The translations under genes and the position numbers were made by a program. From positions 154,938,001 through 155,002,000 of the forward strand of contig OX597814.1 in the NCBI GenBank assembly GCA_951406725.2: a DNA stretch of 64,000 nt. The letters run 5' to 3'. Positions 12,747-25,603 of this stretch are shown one piece after another (within the stretch, counting starts at the first letter, position 1; each line of letters starts with the position of its first letter). The notes beneath the pieces are model-generated. The model was not told the DNA's origin and searched no databases. It worked only from the letters and a program-made list of their open reading frames with translations. This DNA is from Octopus vulgaris (taxonomy: Eukaryota).

Positions 12747-13553
12747 ACAGGTCGGGGAGTTTTCGTCTCATCGTGTCGCCCAAACGCTTCAGACTGCCAA
12801 GTAAAATGTCTGGTTAATAATTTGACCAGGAGGAACAAAGTCTATGCGGACAACTCCTTTCGCATCGATGAAACAAATCAGCATTGTCGTGACATTGGAC
12901 TTCACTTGGCGTGCTTTGGGGGAAAATTGTGACGTTGAATGCTTCTATTGACTTGATTACTGCTTCGTTTCCGGGTCGTAGCCGTAACACCAGCTTTCGT
13001 CACCAGTGATGACCTTCGAAAAAAGGTCTGGATTAACTTTGAACTGTTCTTTCAGTTCACGACACGCTTTCAGTCATGACTACTTTTGATCTTCTGTGGG
13101 CAAGTGAGGCACAACTTTTGCTGCAAGTGTTTTCATTCGCAATTCCTCGCTCAAAATTCTTGGTAGGAGCTCCAGGATACACCATATCAACAAGTTCGTC
13201 AATTGTTCGGCGACGGTCCTCTAAGATCAGTTCATGAATTTTCGTCATGTTTTCAATTGTTCGGGAGGTCGACGGTCGCCCTGAACGAGATTGGTCTTCA
13301 AGCAGCAAGTGACCATATCCAAAGCGTGAAAACTACTCGTAAGCTTGAGTTTTGCTCATGGAGGCCTTGTAAGCTGTCTGAAGCACTGCAAAACAAAGAC
13401 GTACCACGTGGCTGTATGGGTTCACTCAACGGCACCAATTGGCAGACTGATGTCTGAGGGACGCATCAAGTGGCTTCTAGCGGCAGAAGCCTGAACTATT
13501 ACGGGCTTGTCACAGAGAGCATATTTCCGATTACTTTTGGCTACCCCCTAGTA
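12747..13553 (-). mobile_element. Mariner transposon remnant (5' TIR plus partial transposase)
   Basis: RSGRPSTS..IHELILEDRRRTIDEL HTH region, VITGDESWCYGYDPETK, GVVRIDFVPPGQ; TIR-like TACTAGGGGGTAGCCAAAAGTAATCGG at 13527-13553. Confidence 0.9.
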
Positions 13554-14042
13554 TATATTTTGATTTTTTAAATACTTTTATTGTGTTTTCTTATCCTTTG
13601 TGCCAACTGTCAAATTTAGCCCGAAAACTCTATGTATGTACGTACGTACGTACGTATGTATGTATGTATGTATGTATGTATGTATGTATGTATGTATGTA
13701 TGTATGTATGTATGTATGTATATATATGTATGTATCTATCTATCTATCAAATTAAAGTAATATTGAATAATATTACATTTAGGCAGTTGATGTTTAACCC
13801 AAGGTCGGTTGTGACCAAAGAGGATTATGATAAAGGCCATCTCAACCAAAAACCATTGCATCTATTTGTTTTTTTTTAAGCAGTGTGGTTATACTTTTAT
13901 TTACACGGAAGTGAGAGATACGAGGGAGATTTAACTATTATAAATGTTAGGTCAAACGACTGAAAAAGTTCCTTCGATAGTTCATTGCATTCTAATTTAT
14001 ATATCTCAAAGTTGAAAGAATGGTTGGTATTCGAAGACGAAG

Positions 14043-14100
<58 letters not shown>

Positions 14101-14582
14101 ACAATAAAAAGCATTAAAACATTGTACATTCAATAAACATTGATACTTAGGAAAGAACGAACATCCTGTCACCTCATACACGAAACTTATGTATATTCAA
14201 ATCCCTTATTGCAATATAACTGGGCTGGTTATCAGTAAGTGCATAATATTTTCGAAGGAAAATTAGCAATCTGGTTTTAACATCTGCTATACGTCAGAAT
14301 TTTTTCTCAATGGATCTGAACGACATCTGGTGAGTACTTTTGAACTGAACCACACCAAAACAAGAGAAAATCGGGCAGATTTTCCATTTTTAACTCATTG
14401 ATAGTAAACAGTTAACATTTCAAATTGTTGAGGTTTTTATGTTATTTTTGTTTTATTCTATTTATTTTTGTTTTTATTGTTTTTGTTTCAGTTGTGTTTT
14501 AGCTGGATTCCCTTAATTAGAAATTTTTGTCAAAAAGCGTGTGTAAATTCTGTTATGAGTAAATTCGGCCTATATTAACGTC

Positions 14583-14792
14583 AAATTTTGGCACAAGGCC
14601 AGCAATTTCGGAGGGAGGGAGAGAAGTCGATTACATCGACCTCAGTGTTTTACTGGTACTTATTTTATCGATCCCCGGAAGGATAAAAGTCAAAGTCAAT
14701 CTCAGTGGAATTTGAAGTCAGAACATGAAGACGGACGAAATGCGCAAAGCATTTCGCCCGGTGGTCAAACGATTCTGCCAGCTTGTCGCCTT
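14583..14792 (-). mobile_element. tRNA-derived SINE, family A
   Basis: Reverse complement AAGGCGACAAGCTGGCAGAATCGTT..GACTTCAAATTCC..GATCGATAAAATAAGTACCAG. Confidence 0.85.
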
Positions 14793-14841
14793 AAATTCGT
14801 CTTATATTGGTTATATGTAATATTCACTTCAAAAAATCTAC

Positions 14842-14891
<50 letters not shown>

Positions 14892-16592
14892 TATTGAGGC
14901 ACATTCAAAATATTCTGAGATGAGCCGATACAAAAATGTTTATGGTGTCATTCGCCTTGCCAGAAATAACTGGCAGATATTCCTCAATTCACGACCTATT
15001 GTCTTCGAAAAAGAAAGAGTAAAGATGAATTGGATATCAATCCTAAATCTGATCTAGAAAGACAGGATGGTGGCGACTGGAGCGATTTATTCCATAGGAA
15101 AGCTCATTTGTTTAGCTCTAACCGGGGGAGCTGTTCTAGGACTAAACAAGAGCAAATTCTCGCTAGAGGACACAGACATATCTCAGACGCAGACCACACA
15201 CATACATTCATACTTATATACATGAATATCTGTGACCCCCACCCACCCCCATATATACATATGGAAGTAGATTAAAGGTTATCACGGCATTATTGCATTG
15301 GTAAAGGAAAATGCCGCTATGCATTGGCTCCAAACTCTTAATCAATCCTGAAACAACACGTGATTTATGGCTTGAGAGCTAATTATAAATTAATGGCTAT
15401 TCGGTTTTTTCCTTATATTAAAACCCACTCATTAATTTTTTGTACAACGAAATTAAATATACCCAAATAAGATTTACAAAACAACCCATAAATGTTACTC
15501 GAACCACGCATCTATTACTTACTGGATGACTAGGTTACAAATCACATCACACTGAATTCGTAACCCCTTAGTTTTTCAAATTAGGTATGTAAATATTTAT
15601 CTGGCTTATTAACTGAACTTTTCAGTCTCCAAAATCATGTTATTTATTTTACAGGAAATTGTATCAGAAACGTAGCGCCACATACAGGAAAGATCATATT
15701 TATTACGGCCCAATAAAGCTAGATATCACACTTTGTTGTTTCCAGAGAAAAATTAACTCCATGAACACAGAAAAATAGATGAATAAGTTGTTTGATACCT
15801 TATAAAAGAAATGATATTAGACATTTTTACCCATTTATGAATTTTTGATTGGTGTAATCGGTAAAATAATTAAATCATAAGCGATGAATACACATTTTGA
15901 AGTCTTTCGTATTTCGGTTTTGCGATGATTGAATGCAGTAATGTTCTGTATTCTAATGTAGAAAGATAATAGGCGGGAGGTTTCAAGATAAAGTTCAGTG
16001 TCAGTTTAGGTGAGCAATGGTGGTGTCACCTTCACGCATTTTAGAAGGTACAATTTTGTACACTACCAAGAACATTCTAATCTTTTATATATCTGTCTTT
16101 CCTTCCTATTATCCTCCTGGACTCACTGTAACCGTCGCAACTCATTATGTAACCGTATAAATTAACATATTACTTTTCTGTTTTTCTATTTCTTTATTTT
16201 GTCTTGTTTCTATATATTTTCTTCGTTAATCCTTATTTTTAGTCCCTTAAATCACGTTATTTTCTAGTTGCCCAAGAGAAATATTTTACTCCCTATATGT
16301 GTGTGTGTGTGTGTGTGTTTATCTAAATATATTTACACATACATATATATGAAAATAGGAGATGGGTAAATGTTTTGGTACCGTGTATTCATCATTACAT
16401 GTGGTTCGTTTGCTAATCGGAGTTACAAAATTGTTACATGTAGTAGAAAACATGTAAGGGGTCTCTTAGAAAGTTTTCGGACAGAGAGAATGGAATAATA
16501 ATTTGGATGAAGCGTTTATATATAGCTAGTGATCAGGAGTTCTTGAGATAGTTAGAGGGGGAGGAAAACACATCTCGTAATATAGAAGAGAA

Positions 16593-16642
<50 letters not shown>

Positions 16643-16834
16643 GGTGGTCAGAGAATGAAGTAATAAGTGTACACATACAGAAAATATTTTCCTGCATGTT
16701 TAACTCTTGTGCATACGTCACACAAATATAACATCTACATACGGATCTGCAATACTAAATAAACAACATTTGCTTCGAGAGGACACATCTTGAATTTTAA
16801 CCATATCTATAATATATATATATATATATATATA

Positions 16835-17089
16835 TCGATAAAACTTACTTGGAAAAGGATGCGTGGCGTTCGATCATATAATAATATAAATAATATATAA
16901 ATATATGCGTATATACATACATATATGTACATCCCTACATATATATGTATATATACATGCATATATGGGTACAGGACATAAAAAAACGTTGAACACCATG
17001 AGAAACGAAAACATAAACGCAAAAACATAAAAGTTTTCATTTTTCATTGTGTTCAACGTTTTATTTTGATGTCTTGTACACATATATGC

Positions 17090-17090
<1 letters not shown>
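16835..17090. mobile_element. TA-embedded foldback repeat, family shared with 47900-48270
   Basis: GTACAGGACATAAAAAAACGTTGAACACCATGAGAAACGAAAAC / GTTTTCATTTTTCATTGTGTTCAACGTTTTATTTTGATGTCTTGTAC arms; same upstream block as at 47911. Confidence 0.7.
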
Positions 17091-17134
<44 letters not shown>

Positions 17135-17277
17135 TATGTAGGTATGTACATATATGTATGCATATATACATATATTTATATATATATATACATATATATG
17201 TAGGTATGTACATATGATTTTGATTTTTCCAGTTTCAGCTAATGAGCTGTGGCCATGCTGGGGCACCGCCATATATG

Positions 17278-17342
<65 letters not shown>

Positions 17343-17656
17343 TAGTGCCTCTGTTGAACTGGACGGACGTCTTTTGTTTCTCTCTCCCAAAGTCAGTAGC
17401 AAGCTACACAGCTTCAAAACTTAACTGACCTTAAATATATATATATTTGTAACCACGTGTTTGCCTACAAACCCGTAAGTACGTTTTTATTTAACTACAA
17501 ATTGTTATATACACTTGTTTTTCTTTTAATATCTTCAAACAACCAAATAATCAAAAACTCACACCCTCAAGAGAGAACATTTATATATATATATACACTT
17601 CTTTAACTCCCAAGAAAGAATATATATATATCAAAAAAATCAAAAGAAAAACAAAC

Positions 17657-18868
17657 ATGACTAACTTGCAGGCCTGCAACAGACGAAATTGGTCCGATAA
17701 TGAAATTGATGTTTTAATAAACACTTGGTTCTCTCTTTCCTAAACAGATAATTTAAATGTTTTGTGTTTGAATGAGATTGCCGAAAAAACATCACAAGTG
17801 ATCAACACACGATTCGTCAAACAGATTCGTAGTAAACTGAAACATATCGAAGTATCTTTCAAACTGACAAAAGGCCATTTTGAAAAGCTTCTTTATATTT
17901 TCACTGTTCAAGAACAGCAACAGCTAGAAAATCAGCAGCCACAACAACAACAACAACAGAATGAGCCACTCCTGGTTCCCAGCACAATGGCTGACTCTAA
18001 CATCGGTCAAGCACAACAACAACAACAACAGCAACAAGAACAACAACAGCCACTCCTCAACTCTAGCATACTAGACAATTCACTAAATGCCAGTATCTTT
18101 TCACCGCTCTCACGGCAACCACTACAATTATCATCATCATCATCACCACCGCTGCCACCATCGTCTTCTATCACCAAAAAACCAGAAAGGAAACCACTGC
18201 TCTCTTCCCCCACATCACCACCTCAATACCACTGCAGTAACAAAAACTTAAAGAAACATAGGAAGCAGAATGCGCCCCCCACGGCACAAACAAGAAACCC
18301 CAGAATATGCCGCTATTCACTGCGCCAGAGACTCTGCACAAATAGTGACTGCATCTTCACGCATCTACCTGGCACTAGACGCACTACCGGCCAAGGCCAA
18401 AGCACGCATCCCACAATAACATCAACACCACCAAATAGTAAATCGAAATTCAAAACACACACAACTCGGAATCCCAAAATCTGCCGGTATTCCCAACGTG
18501 AGAGAACATGTCTGCTGAGTGACTGTCCCTTCACTCATCTTCCAGGGACCCGACGCACAAACAGAAACGGGGCTTCAAGCCAACACACAAACCTGAATAA
18601 AAATAAAAATAGAAACACACCATGCTGCAGTGATGCTGGTCCAGTCTTTTCAGGAAGACACAAAAACAACAACAACAAAAGTGGAAACTACAACCCTATC
18701 CAACAGTGCAACCACACCTCCAGTCAAAAACTGCTCCCTAAGCAGGAAAATTCTTTTTTAGCCATGTTGAACATGGCAAAAGAGATACACAAAAATATTC
18801 TAGCCATCACTCAACACCATCCTATGCTATTACCCCAGTGCACCAATTCCCCACATTGCTGCCACTAG
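17657..18868 (+). pseudogene. LINE ORF1 with two CCCH zinc fingers, poly-Q tracts and a Myb/SANT-like N-terminus; one in-frame stop
   Basis: ATG 17657 is in frame with the 368-aa ORF, with TAA at 17741; CRYSLRQRLCTNSDCIFTH and CRYSQRERTCLLSDCPFTH (C-x8-C-x4-C-x3-H). Confidence 0.75.
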
Positions 18869-21510
18869 CACACACAAAAAATCCAAGCCCCCTTACACTA
18901 ACCTCCACATTTCTACTCAATGCACGAGGTGTCAGCCCTTCCATCAATGCACAAAAATGGAAGGTCCAATTCATTGAAGACTGGGTTGGTAACCATCCAC
19001 ACCACATCCCTTTCTTCATTCTCACTGAGACCCACCTTGACAACTCCCACTTGGAAGCCGAAGTGAGAGTAAAGAATTTCACAACCATCCGCGCGGATCG
19101 TATCGGCAGAAGGAAGGGTGGAACTGCCATTTTCCTGCATGATTCGTTTACGGCAGATGGAAATAGTATATTCTCCAACGGCTACTGTGAATCAGTCACC
19201 GTGCACAACAAAGCCAATGACCTGACAGTAATTGGGCTCTATAGGCCGCCCCAAACACCCATACTGTGCTTTAAAGAATGCCTCAACAGCATTAAGTGCT
19301 TTATTCAACAGTGCCATTCTAGCAACTTACTCATGATGGGAGACTTCAATCTACCCTGTGTTGACTGGACTACAAACTGTTTGAAACCAAGCACTCCCGA
19401 CTCAACCGCTGACAAAGAAGCAGCAGAGTCACTTTTCGACTTTATGAATGAGTTTTTCTTGTCCCAACTTGTCCTTGCACCAACAAGACATCAGAACATT
19501 TTGGACCTAGTGTTTAGTAACCACACTAACACTATACATAACGTTACAGTGGAAAAAACCCTTCTTTCAGACCATGACATGGTTCTCTGTAACATGAAAT
19601 TCCACCAGCCGAAAGCTAATCCTAGTGACCTCCCTCCAGCCCACCCATTTGACAACATGGATCTCCATAATGCCAACTGGGATGCAATCAGGAACGAGCT
19701 ATCACATGTTGACTGGTCCTTTACACATACACACATCTCCACCAACCATAAAACATCTTGGCAGATCTTTGTAGACACCGTCACAGACATATGTGCAAAA
19801 CACTCCCCACCAAGACCTGTGAACAAAAAGTGCAGAATCCCCCAAAACAGAAAAACCATTATCAGAAAAATAAAAAGAACAAACAAAAAAATTAACAAAC
19901 TAAAGTACTGCCAACAGCAACACACACATTCGATGGCTATCGCACTGCTTGAATCCAAAAAATATAACCTCCAACAATGCATGAAGACCCTCATCAATAA
20001 CCAAAGATCAGCTGAGGAGAAGTGGGCCATTGAAAAAATCAAACTCAACCCCAAAGTGTTCTTTTCATTTGCGAGGAAACGCAGGGTCACTGTCTCCATT
20101 GTTGGCCCTCTAATTGATGAAACTGGCACTCTCCAAGATAACGCCAAATCCATGGCCGAGATACTGCAGAAACAATACTGCTCTGTTTTCAGCAATCCTG
20201 ATATGGCCGATCTGGGCTGTATCAGTGATGTCAACCCCCAACACACTATATCGGACATAACGTTTAGTGCCCCTGATGTCTTAGCGGCGATAAACGAAAT
20301 AAAACACAATTCAGCAGTAGGCCCCGATAGGTTCCCTGCTTGTGTCCTGAAGGTGTGTCGACACCAACTTGCATCTCCCCTTGCTAATCTGTGGAGAAGC
20401 TCACTGGATGCTGGCTATATTCCAAAAAACCTTCTGTCCCAGTCTGTTGTCCCAGTTTTCAAAAAGGGAAACAAGTCCCTTGCAGTGAATTACCGTCCGA
20501 TCTCACTCACCTCTCATATCATCAAGGTATTTGAGAGGGTGGTGAGATCTCGAATAACCCAATTTCTGGAAAGCAACAGACGGCTGATCTCCAACCAACA
20601 TGGGTTCCGTAATGGAAGGGACTGCCTAACGCAGCTCCTGCATCACTTTGAGGACATTTTGAGAGCTTTGGGAGAGGGCTCCAACACCGATGTCATCTAC
20701 CTTGATTTCAGTAAGGCCTTCGACAGGGTCGATCACAAGATCCTATTGAAAAAACTATCCAACATTGGTGTCTCTGGAAAGTTACTGAAATGGATCAAGT
20801 GTTTTCTGACAGACAGATCTCAACATGTTGTAGTTGAAGGGGTAAAATCAAGCCCAGCCAAAGTCAGTAGTGCTGGGCCCACTTCTTTTCATCATTTACA
20901 TTAATGACATTAATGACATCATCAAGCACAGCAACATAAAAATCTTTGCAGATGACTCCAAGCTACAGAAGGTCATAAATGAGGCGAGTGACCGGACATG
21001 CCTTCAGTCAGATCTACTGGCTGTTATCCAATGGGCAGAAAAAAACAATATGCTGCTGAACGAGGATAAATTTGAGTTAATCCACTTTGGAAAAGAGGAT
21101 GCCCTGAAACTCCCATACTCCCTTCCTTCAGGTGAAACTCTCGCGGCGTCCAACAACATCAGAGACTTGGGAGTAATTGTGGACAACAACATAAGCTGGG
21201 CCACTCATATAAACACCAAAGTTGACATGGCCCGCAGAATGTGTTCCTGGATTCTCAGAACTTTCCAGTCGAGAGATATCCACACCATTATCCTTCTCTT
21301 CTCCACTTTTGCCCGACCCCACCTTGAATACTGTTGTCCACTGTGATCTTCCCACACAATACAAGGTATCATAAAAGTTGAAGCACCTCAAAGGGCAATC
21401 ACAAAAAAGATAGATGGCATGACAGGTCTCGACTATTGGGGTCGACTAGAAAAGCTAAAACTCTATTCTCTCCAACGTCGTCGTGAGCGCTACATCATCT
21501 GCATGATGGG
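18838..21510 (+). pseudogene. LINE ORF2 apurinic endonuclease-reverse transcriptase, frameshifted
   Basis: LTETH, GLYRPP, MGDFN, LDLVF, SDHD endonuclease motifs; YRPISL, QHGF, LDFSKAFD, FADD (20945-20956); PQG motif missing at ~20868 with frameshift; TGA at 21344. Confidence 0.93.
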
Positions 21511-21860
21511 GAAACATCAAAATGTATGTAAAAACAAATTTGTCAAGTTCGTGTCAGATAGAAGAATATATCTAATTATGCCTCATTATTTTTTCCTGTG
21601 TCTAATTTTTAAACAACTTATCACATGTACTAAGAAAGAGCACTGTATACAATAATTTCATTATTATATATTATAAAGTGTATATATATGTGTACATCTA
21701 CACATAAAATACAAAATACAAAGTTATATCTTGATATCGCTAGTGATAACAATACTCAAAATATATCCAGCCTACCTCTACTTCTAGGGGGACATTTAAA
21801 ATTTTTATCCGGACGTCCTACGTCCCAGATATAAAGGTGAAAATAAAATATTTCCACTTT

Positions 21861-21912
21861 GCAAGGTTCGAGTCGAGGACTCCCTTGCACGCTCCGTTGA
21901 CTCGAACCTTGC
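21861..21912. repeat. Perfect 14-bp stem hairpin
   Basis: GCAAGGTTCGAGTC ... GACTCGAACCTTGC with a 24-nt loop. Confidence 0.9.
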
Positions 21913-22301
21913 TTCTATTGTGGCGAATTTACCGCCTCTGGTTAGATACTTGATATCTTTCATAGTCGCACCAAGACACTTTTCGATGGTGCTTTCCTTC
22001 AGGTGTTCAAATCTTCTTTTTTCTCTACATTGTATACTTTATAGACAATAGTCTTTTCTTTAATTTAATGGACTATTCCATTTCTGCGCATTAATTCTAT
22101 TTTTAATTTATTCCCATTCATGTGAAACCACTTATTAAAGTTCAAGTCATTGATGCAATTTTATACCAATTGCTATTTTTACTTTTGTTATGTTACGATT
22201 ATATTATACTTTAGTTTGATTTTAATTATTACTTACTACATATAATTCAATTGTTATTATTATCTCTAATTTTTATTGTTAAAGTGAAAGTATCTGATAT
22301 A

Positions 22302-22556
22302 AACTAGAGACATGTTTTTGCTTTACTTTTAATACGTAATACTGAAATAGTGGAGAAGATATGATATTGCTATGGGCTCGCCCTAAGCAATAAGTTGAAC
22401 ATTTTTTTTTTTGCCCATGAAACTATATGGACCCTAAGTAAGGCATGTGTAAAATTTGAATGAAATTGATTGTGTAGTTCTCAAGTTTTAGGGAAACACA
22501 CAGACAGACAGACAGACAGACAGACACACATTCTCAGTTTTATATATAGAGAGATG
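22302..22556 (+). mobile_element. Helitron/Helentron-derived non-autonomous element (DINE-1/Lep1-like layout)
   Basis: ACTAGA start, TGTGTAAAATTTGAATGAAATTG block, (GACA)n and TTTTATATATAGAGAGAT end. Confidence 0.45.
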
Positions 22557-22869
22557 ATATAAACGTTCTGAGAAAAATGTTTAAAAGTTTCAAAATAGAT
22601 CGAAATCATGAATGAATAAAATAAATGCTAGTTGATTGCTTTTAATCTAAACTAAATTATAGATTCTTTAATTGCAATAATCCATAAGTTATAAATAGCT
22701 AATAGTGACAAAACTTATAAAAATTATTTCTGTATATACACACATATAAATGCATATATAAGCGCACACTTACGTATAATATATTATGTGTATCTTGGCG
22801 AACCAGAGATTAAATGATATTGTACCCCTCCGTGAAACTGCAGTGTATCGGAATTACGATCATCTCACT

Positions 22870-23020
22870 TTCACAAATCAACTGATAGAAAGATGGTAAC
22901 AAGTATAAACTCTGTTAGTTTCAACGAAACTAGTTGGATGCAGGCCACCCAGTCAATACGCATGTTAAACCTGAGAATCAAGGGATCATTTCACCTAGCA
23001 CAGCCGACGTATATCAATGT
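22870..23020 (+). repeat. Inverted copy of the PLE pLTR
   Basis: CAACGAAAC..ATGCAGGCCACCCAGTCAATA..ATGTTAAA..GAATCAAG.GATCA..CACAGCCG matches the reverse complement of ~23370-23460. Confidence 0.8.
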
Positions 23021-23344
23021 ACGCTACAGCAACATTCATTGTGAGGCTTATTTCTAAAACTACAAGATCAAACTTATTCCTATACTACATACTGTCTCTT
23101 TTGGAGAAATGGATGAATTGTTTTGATATCAAAACTATTATGACATAGAGAAAGAGACAATAAACTGAAATGGTACAGATGCTGAATAAGTTACAGAGAA
23201 TGTTATTGCAGACACAAACGCACATACAAATAGAAGATCAAAATCAAGTACAGTTGGCAGACACATTGATCTAAGGATCAATGCTTGGCTTGTTTATTTC
23301 CATGTATGTGTGTGTGTGTGTGTGTGTAAAAAAATAACTTAAAG

Positions 23345-24950
23345 TATATTAGTCTTCAAATATGTTATGCTGTTGATATGCGACGGCTGTGATCTCTTGA
23401 TTCCTAGTTTTAACATTCTTATTGACTGGGTGGCCTGCATTCAAATGGTTTCGTTGTAGGCTTTTAACCAAAACTGATTCCGCTGAGGATCGGTAAAAAT
23501 AAATTTTGAACGACATAATGACTATCTGCATTAAGATATATTTTTCAGACAAACATAAATAGCATTCCTTCACTATATGTGTAAGTCCCGTTTCCATAAC
23601 CGACTAATATTCCTTGAATCCATTAATATTTTTGTCTTCCAGACTTCAGATATAGTAAGACATCAAGTCGTCTTTGGCTTTTCTATATCAGAAAGAATGT
23701 GTTTCTTGTGTGTAGGTGTTTAAATGTATTTCTGGTTAGACCAATATCAATTTGTTCATACCTTCAATTTTCAAGGAAAACTTTTGCTCGGTAAGGCAAC
23801 GTGAAATATCGACTTCCATGGGAAGGAGGATTTTGCATGACTTTGACAACATAATTACTTTAGTTCATTTTAACTTTTGAAGTAGAATGGTTTTGCAGTA
23901 CAACTATAAATAACATACTACCTATCTTTATTGAATACCTTCTGATATTCGTACCACCGCACGTGCATCTTTGTATCTAATATAGAAAATTCTTTACAAT
24001 ATTATAAATTCCTTCACATATTCTTATTAAAATGATGCCTTTGCACATAATGTATTTTGTTCTTGTAGCAACTAACCTTCAATCCATTGCAACACGATAA
24101 ATAGAGTCTTCATAAAAATTGTATATTGCAAATACTTCTAGTAAAATTTTAAGGCATTGGAATGTCTAGAGATGACTAAATCGAATAACATAAATCGTTG
24201 ACCTTCATTTGAAGACTACACAGCTGTCTTTAATACTTTTTTATTTTGTCTCATTAAGTGTATACTGATGTAAGAATTTGCTGAAGTTCTTGTGCTGAAA
24301 TATTGGCCAAAAGCCATATATTTCCATTTGAAACTTAAAACATATTCCGGAATAGTTACCGTTTATATTATTTCTTTATATACCGGTTGTAATTGAGATT
24401 TTAAGAATGAAAATATAGTGTTACTTCATTGTAAACATTATTACCCGGAAACCTTGAACTGAAGGTATCGTAATATTTATGATCGAAGAAGAGATTGGTA
24501 TCTGAATTTTTGTATGTTTGGAATTTGGTTAACTGGGTGAATATTGGAGTCTCCATTCCCAACTGTCATTTTTAATTTTCTTTGAAATTCTGATTAACAA
24601 ACAGTTTCAAAATTGTAAAGATAATGGTAAACAATTTTCTGCCTCGGTCTCGGCCTCTCAAATAAGAACTATTCCTTGATAGTGCCTGGGGAAATATCAT
24701 GGCTTGTTTTAGTATTCAGTAACAAATATGTACATCTGATGACTACTTTAATACATTTGCCATTTAAGAAAATAACTGGTTACTCTCATATCATTTTACT
24801 TCGAATGACAACCAGCATTATTAAGAGTCGTTGGCAATCTAACAATTTTCACATCCGGTTATAAATTCACACTTTGACTTACCATCTTTTTCAGAGGTTC
24901 CTTAATACAAAGATAAGCACATAAATACATTCATTAACAACATACAAAAA
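23345..24950 (-). mobile_element. Degraded Penelope-like element (GIY-YIG end plus pLTR)
   Basis: Minus-strand IGLTRNTFK (~23725-23750) and CYLCLSEKYIL (~23535-23570) resemble the PLE GIY-YIG C-terminus; the 3' block is duplicated in inverted orientation at 22870-23020; upstream boundary uncertain. Confidence 0.6.
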
Positions 24951-25397
24951 GTAATAACGAATCCTTTCAATTTACTTCGCTACTAATTCCCTTTTGAATA
25001 ACTTTCCGAAGGCTTCATATCGTTTGATCAATATACTGTTTCTAACAGTTCATTACAGATAAACTGACATTTACTAATGTCATCATTCCCAAAAGATTTT
25101 CTTATACAATATATGCTTTTATTATGTTTCCGTAGCATACTCTCTTTCCCCATCTCTCTCTCTATCCCATTGCATTGTCTTCCTTATCTATCTATTTTTC
25201 TATATCCAGCTTTATATGCATACATATATACATTTATATGCATACATATATTATATGCATACATATATTTTGTCTATGACTTACTGTATCGACCTCGTAA
25301 AGTGGGATAAGTGAACTAAATATCGCAAAGTATTTTGCCTGTCACATATCACCGATCAAACAAGTTCATCCCCATCAGCTACATGTAAAATACTGGT

Positions 25398-25603
25398 CTC
25401 AAAGTTTAGTACAAGGCCAACAATTTCGGGGAAGGAGGTAAGTCGATTACATCGACATCAATGCTCAACTGGCACTTATTTTATCGATACCGAAAGGATA
25501 AAGGCAAAGTCGACCTCGACGGAATCTGGACTTAGAACGTTAAGTTGGAAGAAATGCCGTTAATCATTTTTCCTGTCATGTTAACAATTCTGCCAGCTCG
25601 CCA
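25398..25603 (-). mobile_element. SINE family A
   Basis: Reverse complement GGCGAGCTGGCAGAATTGTTAAC..GTCGAGGTCGACTTTGCCTTT. Confidence 0.85.

Larger units (their letters stand above)
17340..21510 (+). mobile_element. CR1-group LINE (5'UTR, ORF1, APE-RT ORF2), 3' truncated
   Basis: Starts right after (TA)n; two overlapping ORFs; C-terminal LDYWGRLEKLKLYSLQRRRERY typical of the CR1 group. Confidence 0.92.

Noticed and set aside
15654-15716. Plus-strand terminal exon (TTTTTACAG acceptor, AATAAA)
   Set aside because: Short, no recognisable peptide, and such signals are common in AT-rich DNA
19491-20309. 272-aa minus-strand ORF
   Set aside because: Antisense shadow of LINE ORF2
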